From the NCBI GenBank assembly GCA_900128565.1, contig LT635918.1, positions 1 to 58,387 on the forward strand: a stretch of DNA of 58,387 nt, read 5' to 3'. Position numbers and translations under genes: made by a program. Shown in pieces: positions 30,201-37,692 of this stretch. The notes beneath the pieces are model-generated. The model was given only the letters and a program-made list of their open reading frames with translations, made no database searches and was not told where the DNA came from. Position 1 is the stretch's first letter. Each line of letters opens with the position of its first letter. This DNA is from Stramenopiles sp. TOSAG23-6 (Eukaryota).

Positions 30201-32883
30201 GTTGACGTTTAGAACGTCGTTTTAAAGGCAACCTTTTATTTTTGGTTGGTTTTGTTCTTTTACATTTTGATTTGTATTTTAGGGCAAGATTTTTGAGGTT
30301 CTTGCGTATTAACTTTGTCCGATATTTATTATATAGGTTTGTTAAGTATTTACGAAATGGTTTTCTTGCATCTCGTTTGATTATTGGGTAGTTATCCAAT
30401 AATTTGCTTAGTTCGAATCTAGGAATACTTGGGTAGAGTCGCATGTATAAGCTAAGTCTTTTATGGGCATAATATAATCTCTGGGATTCGAGATATATTG
30501 ACTTTGGTTTTGGTATTTCATTTGATTTTGCACGGTTCTTGGTTAATATGGACGCATAATCATTCGTTAATGATAAGTCGTTTCCTGGTTGGTGTATCAA
30601 TTTTGATTTCTTCAACTTTGCTAGTAATTTCTTAGCAATGTACATTCGAGCCATTTTCTGTATTAGAATGATAGCGAGTACTGTTATTTTATTAATCCGT
30701 ACTTCTTGGAAATGTTCATACTTCCCATTAGTTATTTTTAATTCAAGTAGATTATGAATTGGTTTAGTTAAGTTTTTGATTTTCTGGCTAATAACGGCTT
30801 TGTTATTTTCTGGATCTTTTTGTTCAAGATCTTCAATTCGTTTAACTTCTTTTTCGTATTGTACTGTGGACTTTGACGGTAGTTTATGAAATACTTTGGA
30901 TTTAGTATGATATTTATCATAGTATGGTTTTATAATTTTATCTTTTACCTTGATATCATTATGATAAATCGCTGCATGTGGGGATGGATCTCCGCATGGC
31001 TCGCCGTCGACTAATGACTGTAATCTATTATTTGTAGATTTATTTGTCTTTGGATGTATGTCCGTGTTCGCTTTTCCGAGTAATTTATTAAATGTTTCGT
31101 CGGACATTGTTTTAATTGCGAACGATGTTGGTTTAAATTTTTGTACAATATATTTGGCGGAGTGGCTGTTAGATACATTTTGAATGCATCGATGTCCTTC
31201 TCCTGTGCTATCATTTTTAGTTATAAATGGTAGATTTTTATATAAAGAGTGTTCATCTTTATATCCTATATTCCAATGTATTTGGGGTGCGTTGACGGTA
31301 ATTACTCGTCCACCTGATTCCCCTTCGGGGTGATATACGTAGAATCCAGAACCATGTTCGTTCGGATAAAGTATTATCACCTCTTCGCTCGGGGGTTTGG
31401 CACTTTCGCGTCCTCTCTTTGGCAGTATTACTGCGGATGCGTGTGTTCCGAATGGAACTAATAAACGTAGTAGAAAATTTGTATTGGGATGTTGGTCATG
31501 TTTGCGATAAAATGGAGTCTGTCCATCTTCTCCTGTATCAATATAATTGTGTAAGAAACATGCTTTTATACATGCATCTGGGAAGAAGTTTGTTGGCAGA
31601 TCTTTTGCAATACACATAACTCTAGCTTTTACTGCGAGTTTTCCAATGCGTCTTTCTGGTAGACCATTGATGTATGATGCATGTCCTGAGTTCATGACTG
31701 GTAATGTACCTTGTTCTAATGCGTCTTTGACTCCTTCCTTAGTGTGTTGAATTTTAATTTTATCGGTTTTGAATTTGTATGGCGGTATTGATTTGCCTAT
31801 ACGATGTAAATTCACTAATTTTGTATAGTCAATTACTTGTTTTCTTGCGTCTTTGACTCCAGTTAAGTCTTTCATAGGATAGACTATTGTCCAATCCGTA
31901 AGAGCTTCGACTGACACTTGAATGTGTCGTTCGCCACATAACCCTGGGGTTGTTAGCGGTCCTTTGGTGTCAGACGCCCATATTCGTCCGAATGGCTTTT
32001 TATTTTCCTGTATAAATGGTGCGGAGAGATTCAGTTTTATGTTATTTTCTGAATATTTTTCGATGAGACGGTTGACATCTACATTACTGTGATTTCGGAT
32101 TTTTCCTTTTGCTTTAGAGCAGCTGTCGCAATTTAGTGCGTCTGCAAGTTCTGATGGAAATAATCCGGGGTTTAACCCAAGGTGTTTAAATTCACCTTTG
32201 TTTATTTTGTTTATTATTATCTTCCCTGGCAGATGTCCAAGCATTTCGTGGACAAATTGAAATAGTTCAATTGATGGTAATGATAATATACGTTTGTTTG
32301 ACAATGTGTGCCCCTGGGCGAAGTTTGCAGATACAGATGAAATTTTGTATCCATATGCATTGGTTGTTCCTTTGAAATAGAGGTTGTTTTCGGGCGCAAA
32401 CAAGTATGTTTGTTTCCCTTGTGGCATATAGCCAATCTTGTTGCATTTTGTGTTGACAAGGATGTCGTCACATGTTCCGTTGAACATGATTACTTTTTCG
32501 TGATCGAAGCAAATGCAACGATCATTGTTAGGTACGCCATTTTCGTTTCGATTCTTTGCGAGTTCACCTACAGATAGTAGTGTGGTGGAGCCCATTTTTG
32601 GTAGTAAGTTGGCGTTTGGGATTAATGAAATTGTTCCATTATTCGATTTTACTTTTAAGGCACCTACTTTGATGACCTTATCTATATTACCATATGCGGA
32701 AGATACTTGATTTGTTCCTCCAGTTAATTTGTATATCGAGTCGATTGATTTGGGCGATCTTAATCCTTGTACACACTTACTGGATGCATTACCAAATAAG
32801 TGTGTGTCTGCTCCGGAATCTATAAATATTTTTAGGCGCTCACAGGGATTCCAGGAACCTGTGTAGTACGCCGTTGTTGATAG
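27268..32883 (-). CDS. pol: Pol: protease, integrase, long linker, reverse transcriptase, RNase H; in frame with gag after a TGA
   Basis: FIDSGADTHL (protease, upstream of the ORF-track start); HEMLGH..CDSC, SDTKGP, NGLPER (integrase); KARLVVLGYNQIQGRDYDETYS, LYGTKQAG, YVDD (RT); YADANFA, YEDN, NIADFFTK (RNase H). Confidence 0.93.
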   Translation of the reverse strand, partial: LSTTAYYTGSWNPCERLKIFIDSGADTHLFGNASSKCVQGLRSPKSIDSIYKLTGGTNQVSSAYGNIDKVIKVGALKVKSNNGTISLIPNANLLPKMGSTTLLSVGELAKNRNENGVPNNDRCICFDHEKVIMFNGTCDDILVNTKCNKIGYMPQGKQTYLFAPENNLYFKGTTNAYGYKISSVSANFAQGHTLSNKRILSLPSIELFQFVHEMLGHLPGKIIINKINKGEFKHLGLNPGLFPSELADALNCDSCSKAKGKIRNHSNVDVNRLIEKYSENNIKLNLSAPFIQENKKPFGRIWASDTKGPLTTPGLCGERHIQVSVEALTDWTIVYPMKDLTGVKDARKQVIDYTKLVNLHRIGKSIPPYKFKTDKIKIQHTKEGVKDALEQGTLPVMNSGHASYINGLPERRIGKLAVKARVMCIAKDLPTNFFPDACIKACFLHNYIDTGEDGQTPFYRKHDQHPNTNFLLRLLVPFGTHASAVILPKRGRESAKPPSEEVIILYPNEHGSGFYVYHPEGESGGRVITVNAPQIHWNIGYKDEHSLYKNLPFITKNDSTGEGHRCIQNVSNSHSAKYIVQKFKPTSFAIKTMSDETFNKLLGKANTDIHPKTNKSTNNRLQSLVDGEPCGDPSPHAAIYHNDIKVKDKIIKPYYDKYHTKSKVFHKLPSKSTVQYEKEVKRIEDLEQKDPENNKAVISQKIKNLTKPIHNLLELKITNGKYEHFQEVRINKITVLAIILIQKMARMYIAKKLLAKLKKSKLIHQPGNDLSLTNDYASILTKNRAKSNEIPKPKSIYLESQRLYYAHKRLSLYMRLYPSIPRFELSKLLDNYPIIKRDARKPFRKYLTNLYNKYRTKLIRKNLKNLALKYKSKCKRTKPTKNKRLPLKRRSKRQRKIPQRLISSCLAKATKNSKSPKINKSVSFSFTSSVIHYNINDETESMPKFVTEIQTNRFGKHSKKCNNDIESAQLHMKQRTLPWTKNISQWINRLHRCASKKRFAELRDEYNYRLQSQPIDFQVKEKKIDEIQHRYKIQAVTRRITGNINNVKYTETYWSNNLPIYGLTYTGRGFQRGRDNYIFSRQESYIENFQSPFMEKLHHHDIKDQSSKEKSTYSTIVAECNNAYALHTATSNTASLDYVNVYSAVTDYLNESKIVENSIDIVPQYTAQNDSYSYNVNDIIHTLYAATNNILHPDMIEEEITLSELNAYLTHSHHQRDNISNRSYINKPTAKGMSETYLTNSFATSTNDTIGYGGVKYSDTIRAKSQDLSHLNLRNWITPNNSREFNKLPKRDQEIWQLCITDELMNMIYNGVGEIEYDYKGPKIGTRIVLKTKLDHLGKIERLKARLVVLGYNQIQGRDYDETYSAVARMQNIRTLLAYAVTHDMDQVLQDVSGAYLKANIDKELHLSFPKEVGKSLVAKMVESNPELAKIFEQTPYTHNKWSWRLLRGLYGTKQAGYLWRRMLITWYTEQGWTAISTDSSILSKSVKYTNDKGIETECKMIASIYVDDIYTIYTRGCKEIIKAHTDMFTEKFDSTTLWGKDANLYVGLSITENEDKSIKLSIPAFIDKVVDGLEEILGYKLEPNEKKHATPLPPNMNLLLKAEELRTSTNEETIVDKLIPNLSMYQIVGELNYAAGSCRPDIQAAFTYLSQFVTKPTRVSQNLAIHCVTYLKRTRDLGLIYGRKSSETRIMSNGVQQKLIGHNEIEIYADANFADPILKRKSLMGNAVFMWGCLVSWSTKRTSIVCLSPYESELYALTEAARDSLWAKAQYLDLKGYRFGDPSISNKEYTRTTAIPIYEDNAAAQLNAKYVRNHRASRHIDTRVAFLRECCHDELVEIIRVPSNDNIADFFTKSLPRLKFEKFSNMFMSI

Positions 32884-35706
32884 TCAATCATCGATCTTCT
32901 CATCATTGTGATGAGTTGATGATGATTGGCCGAGTGGCGGGTCGTTGTTGCTGTCTCGGGTGACTTTTTCTTCAGTTTTGCTAGTAACTGAATGGGCGCT
33001 TGTAGGGATATTTCCCATAAATTTCATTTTATGGGCACGATCGCCTTTCATTGGGCATTTGCCTTGCTTGTTTGCTGAGCAAGGTAAGCCGTGTTTTTCG
33101 AATATACATTGTGCATTTTTGTCGTTTTTGACTCTGATTCCTTCGTCGTTCAAGTTATTCCATATACATGCTTCGTCTTTATGACCTTTTGCACAGATGC
33201 TACACTTTAGGGAATTATTTCTTTTTAATCCTTTGAACGGGCATTTTTCATTTTGTTTATGCACTTCGTTACATGTAAAGCACCGTCCGTTTTTGGGAAT
33301 TCCAAATTCTTCTGCGACTTTGATCATGCCACAACTGTTACAATCTTGTGGGTTGTTGCCATGTTTACATTTACCAGATTCGGTTAGATTTACATTTATC
33401 GGTTCTTCCGGCATTAATTCAAATCGTTTTTGGATTTTTGCATTTAAATTGGATACGTTAACTGATGAATAACATTCGATGTTTTCGAGGGCCCATGTAA
33501 TGTGTTGTATAAATGTGTTAAATGTCATGTATTCAGTTGGTACTTTGACTTGTTGAGCCATTTCAGTTGTGAACGATCCTTGTTTGAATACCTGTACGAC
33601 GGGTTTATATTTGTCATTTATTGAATTTAGATACATTTCGATAAATTCACCATCATGGTGTTTTTGAGGTAGTCGTATAGACGATATTGGGCGGATAAAG
33701 CGATTAACCATTTCAGCTGCTGTAGCTAACTTATTTTCCATATACTTTTTATTCGGTAAATTTTGCAATGGTTTAATTGATACTTCGGACAATAATCTCC
33801 ATATGTTGACAATGAATATATCCATGTCAGTTAATTCATCTATGGATTTTATTGGCATACTTGTTGTAAAATTTTCTACTTTCAATCTTTTTCCTTTGTT
33901 GGATAAAAATTTATAACATGGAGGCGATTTTATAGATCGAGCATGATGAGTTACAACGTTTTTATGTTGAAACGTTGTTGTTTTTCCTTTTGGGATATTG
34001 ACAAATGCTGTTGACGTTCTCCTGGCGGCTGTATTGATGTCATTTTTGCCTCCTTTCGATTCCTGTATTAACTCGTTAAGTTCTTCCAAAACTGTACCTC
34101 TTATTACTATTGATTTATCGAGGTCCGTTTCATTTGTTTCATTTGTTTCGATTTCCCCTGATTGGGCCTTTTGGACGAATTTAACGACATATTGGAGGAT
34201 TTCTTCAATTTCTTGACTGTCATCTGGTTTGTTGATTGAATTTGAGATTACTTTAAATCGTTTAGAAAATTCTTTTATGTCCTGCATTGGTTGTAATGTT
34301 TCGAGATTATCCTTCTTTAGGAGGAATGATTCTGTCCAATCTTGGGATGACATATGTTTAGGTTGACGTTCAGTTAATGACTTTAAACAATTACTGTATG
34401 TGGTTGCTGTTCCACACCCAACGACTTCTAGGATCTTTTTGTAGATTCCAGACACCGATGTGGCGTATTCTTTCATTTTTGAATGCTCGTTGTTTCCGGT
34501 CACTTGATTAAATAAACTTGTTTCCGTTGTGGTCCTCATGAATTTAATTATTTTCGACTTTAGGATCGCTTCGGCTGCTTTTTGTTTATTGATATTTTCG
34601 ATTGTGATTTTGTCACGATCGATCTGCTTGTCAGCGATTTTGATTTCGTCGTCTAATTTGGTTATTTCTTCATATGATTTCAGTGTTAATACAAGTTTTG
34701 CTAGCTTCGGTTGTGCTTTTAGTCGTTCACCGTCGAGGTGCTTTATTTTTCTTTTTATAGTGACAGTGTTTATTTTCTTATTGTCTTCCTTCAGTTCTTG
34801 GATGTCATCTCTTAGGTCTTGTCTTTTCATGAGTATATTTTCTATATCATGAACTAGTTCTATGTTTATGGAACTATTTTCGACCTCTATTGGGCTAAGT
34901 GGCCTTCCTTCAGGTATTGGTACAATTGTGGCTGCAACATTTTCCCTTTGATTTTCATCAGGAAATTCGTCTGCTGTTGGTGCAGGTAATGGTGGATATG
35001 CTCTAGCTGGGCGATTTTGTTCAGCTGCGGCTTCGGCTGCAGCTTCGTTATTTGGTTCAGCTGCAGCTTCATTATTTGTTTGGGCTGCGGCTTCGACAGT
35101 TTCAAATTCCGCATCGATGTCATCCGTTGTGCTTTCTTTTGTTTCAGAATTAACTAGATTATCGTTAGCTTGTTCAAGGTCTCTGATTTGGATTTCTTTT
35201 CTTCGAATTTCGATTTTATTGTCTTGCTTGGCGTTAAGCTTATGTTCAAGCTCATGGATTTTGCTTTCCAACTTTTGGATGAATAATTGCTTTGCTTTGC
35301 AATCCGCTTCTGTCATTGTTTGGCTTTGAGCATTTTCTGCTTTTAGCTTTTCTTCGATCTTTTTCTTTTTGTTTATATTTATGTTTTGTTGATCGATTAG
35401 TTTCCTTTGTAGGTTGGTGACTTTGGCGGCATCTTTTTCTGTTATCCAATGGTCTTCATTTTGGAGTATTGACTCTTGATCTATAGTTTGGTAATCCGTG
35501 TTTGTTTCTTTCACAGCATTCTTAACAAAATGTCGAACTTGAGATGACCAGATGGAAGTATATCCTTGATTGTTTCGCGACAATTTCGGTTTTTGTGGAG
35601 AGTTTTTCTGTTTCCCTCCTGTTCCTCTGCCTTTACTTTGAGCAGAGTTAGCGTGAGCTTTTGATGCTCTCTTCTTTGAGCGACGTTTCCTGGGTCGCCT
35701 CTTCAT
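32884..35706 (-). CDS. gag: Gag polyprotein (about 940 aa)
   Basis: ATG at 35706, 38 nt after the 5' LTR; basic N-terminus, coiled coils, C-terminal Cys/His knuckles CFTCNEVHKQNEKC and CSICAKGHKDEAC. Confidence 0.85.
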   Translation of the reverse strand: MKRRPRKRRSKKRASKAHANSAQSKGRGTGGKQKNSPQKPKLSRNNQGYTSIWSSQVRHFVKNAVKETNTDYQTIDQESILQNEDHWITEKDAAKVTNLQRKLIDQQNININKKKKIEEKLKAENAQSQTMTEADCKAKQLFIQKLESKIHELEHKLNAKQDNKIEIRRKEIQIRDLEQANDNLVNSETKESTTDDIDAEFETVEAAAQTNNEAAAEPNNEAAAEAAAEQNRPARAYPPLPAPTADEFPDENQRENVAATIVPIPEGRPLSPIEVENSSINIELVHDIENILMKRQDLRDDIQELKEDNKKINTVTIKRKIKHLDGERLKAQPKLAKLVLTLKSYEEITKLDDEIKIADKQIDRDKITIENINKQKAAEAILKSKIIKFMRTTTETSLFNQVTGNNEHSKMKEYATSVSGIYKKILEVVGCGTATTYSNCLKSLTERQPKHMSSQDWTESFLLKKDNLETLQPMQDIKEFSKRFKVISNSINKPDDSQEIEEILQYVVKFVQKAQSGEIETNETNETDLDKSIVIRGTVLEELNELIQESKGGKNDINTAARRTSTAFVNIPKGKTTTFQHKNVVTHHARSIKSPPCYKFLSNKGKRLKVENFTTSMPIKSIDELTDMDIFIVNIWRLLSEVSIKPLQNLPNKKYMENKLATAAEMVNRFIRPISSIRLPQKHHDGEFIEMYLNSINDKYKPVVQVFKQGSFTTEMAQQVKVPTEYMTFNTFIQHITWALENIECYSSVNVSNLNAKIQKRFELMPEEPINVNLTESGKCKHGNNPQDCNSCGMIKVAEEFGIPKNGRCFTCNEVHKQNEKCPFKGLKRNNSLKCSICAKGHKDEACIWNNLNDEGIRVKNDKNAQCIFEKHGLPCSANKQGKCPMKGDRAHKMKFMGNIPTSAHSVTSKTEEKVTRDSNNDPPLGQSSSTHHNDEKIDD

Positions 35707-35729
35707 TGTGCTCGCTTGGGTAGTCTCTA

Positions 35730-35744
35730 GCAAGTCTTATAATC
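35730..35744 (-). other. Primer binding site, half-tRNA type
   Basis: GATTATAAGACTTGC abuts the 5' LTR with no TGG; its complement GCAAGT-CT-TAT-AA-TC looks like a tRNA anticodon arm. Confidence 0.55.
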
Positions 35745-36073
35745 TGTTATAGCGAATATCTCTGGATTAGATATCGCTGGGATTTCGTGTATCGATAGTC
35801 TCGTATTCGAGTCTCGATATAATACAAATAGATATTGTATTAGATTGATAAATATATTGGCTTGATAGATATCAATATAGAATAAAGGTACTTAGTTTAT
35901 TCTATTATAATGTGTTGGAATATACTGGCTTGTTACTTGGTTTCGTATGTATATACCATAGACGAGAGACAAAAGTCCTCGAGTAGTCGAGTTGAAGTGT
36001 AACGGCATTAGCTCAAACGTTCTTAAGCTGGACAGACCTGTTCTTACGACCTGATCGCACACATTCTATAACA
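35745..36073 (-). repeat. 5' LTR
   Basis: 329 bp, matches 26446-26774. Confidence 0.95.
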
Positions 36074-36282
36074 ATGATTGACCAATGTCGATGTGTGGCT
36101 ATTTTTTTGCGGTCAAAAAAAATTGAATTTCGGAATTTAAATTTTTTAAAATTGAAAAAAACTGTTAAAGATTGATTTTAAAGGATTTTTTAAAGACGTT
36201 TTTTTAAATCTAGATTTTAATAAATAATATTATAGGTGAAAACAACGGTATCTACAAAAAAAAATCACTTATTTTGGTGTAA

Positions 36283-37336
36283 TTATTTTCCAGAAGGTAC
36301 AGCTCTAATCTTATCAATTGGACAAGTGCCATTTGATAATAACCACGGATCAATGCACGCAGCGTGAAATTGATGAAAACATGTGTTGTGAAAAAATATT
36401 TTAGAAAAAAATCGTTAGGTACGTAATTTCGTATGAAAACAAAAATGAAATGCATCATGAAAATATACATGGAAGCCTCCGGACTTCTTCGCCAGGAAAC
36501 ATCTCTCCAAGACAAATAGCGCATTCGTCATTTTTGTCATTTTTGTCTTTTATTTTAGGTGTATCGACAGTTAGATCACACACTTTGCCACAACTACCAT
36601 CCTTGTTTCGTTTTCTACTTTTGGGCAGCATTGCTAATTCGCTCTTAGTTAAACGATTTTTATTCACTATGTTGTCATCAAGTCTACTTAAACGAAAAAA
36701 ATCTTCCTCTGATAATTCTCGACTCATTAATGATAATTGTGAGACTATATGTGATCGCAGTCCATTAAGGAAATTTTGATGAGTTCGGTTAGGTCTGCTT
36801 ACATGCGGATGAGGTCGAGTGTTATTTCTACTCGAATTATCGATATAGTCTTCCAAGTCTTCATCAGATTCGTCAGAATTAAAAAACACACCTAAACCTG
36901 CTGATCTTGAGCGTGACTCAAGTCTAATCCTTTGGAGGCGACTCAAACTTCTACCAGCATTGGCCTGAAGGATTCTATTTCTTTGCTCTTGTCTGGATCT
37001 TTCATGCTCTTGCCTTTGTAGTGAACGTGCCATGGCAGCATCAGCATCAAGTTGTTCTTCCAAGGCATTTCTATTACTATTTCTATTCTGCACAGAAGAA
37101 CGCCGATTCAATCTTGGACTACGACGAAGTGGGCTTGAAGATGGCGGAAGCAAGATCACATCTGGTGAGGAATTCGTGCGACGTCGCTTTTTTGGTCTAC
37201 GGACTGCAACATGTTGTTGGTTTGACGATGAAGACGTCGACACAGAGTTACTCGTAGAACGCGTACGCCGTCGACGTCGATTAGATTCTTTGGGAGAATC
37301 ACCACTCAAATCTATCACACTGTCAGCATTACTCAT
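36283..37336 (-). CDS. RING-H2 E3 ubiquitin ligase; 2 exons (37336-36469, 36380-36283), 321 aa
   Basis: After removing 88 nt it reads [42 protein letters not shown]; SIM-like VIDL/DVILL and UIM-like DAAMARSLQ in the N-terminal half. Confidence 0.9.
36381..36468 (-). other. Non-canonical intron, family member (GTATAT...CAACACAT; AT..AC register 36383-36470)
   Basis: Splits the RING motif; flanked by direct repeat CATGT; contains TACGAAATTACGTACCTAAC; no AG until after the remaining RING ligands. Confidence 0.9.
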
Positions 37337-37692
37337 TGCCCAAAATGTATTATTGCTCTCTCTATATTTCTTTGCATTATATTTTCGCAATCACTCAAAT
37401 CAAATTGAATAAATTATTTATAATAGAGGGAAGACAGGTAATCTATCTAAATCAAGGCAGTTTACTTATTTTCAGATTCCAATTAATTTTTGCGATTTTA
37501 TTCAAAATGATGGATTTATAAATTTTGAGCCGTTTGCGTTTGGGTTTGCCGCGAAATTTGAGAGTCAATTTTTGATGGACATCACCCGACGTTTGACAAC
37601 TTTTATTGGTGCCTACGAGAAGAAGTTCAGGGATTTCAGGCTTTTCAGCTCTCTTCTTCCCTCGTCCCGAGGATATCACAAAAGCTGGAGCT

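Larger units (their letters stand above)
26446..36073 (-). mobile_element. Full-length Ty1/copia LTR retrotransposon (9628 bp)
   Basis: Two 329-bp LTRs (TGTTATAG...CTATAACA); ATGAT TSD at 26441-26445 and 36074-36078; gag, then PR-INT-RT-RNaseH order typical of copia. Confidence 0.97.

Noticed and set aside
32884-32886. Genome-wide reassignment of TGA (alternative genetic code)
   Set aside because: TGA ends several host genes at plausible C-termini (7129, 20010, 24725, 45119), and conserved Trp positions use TGG
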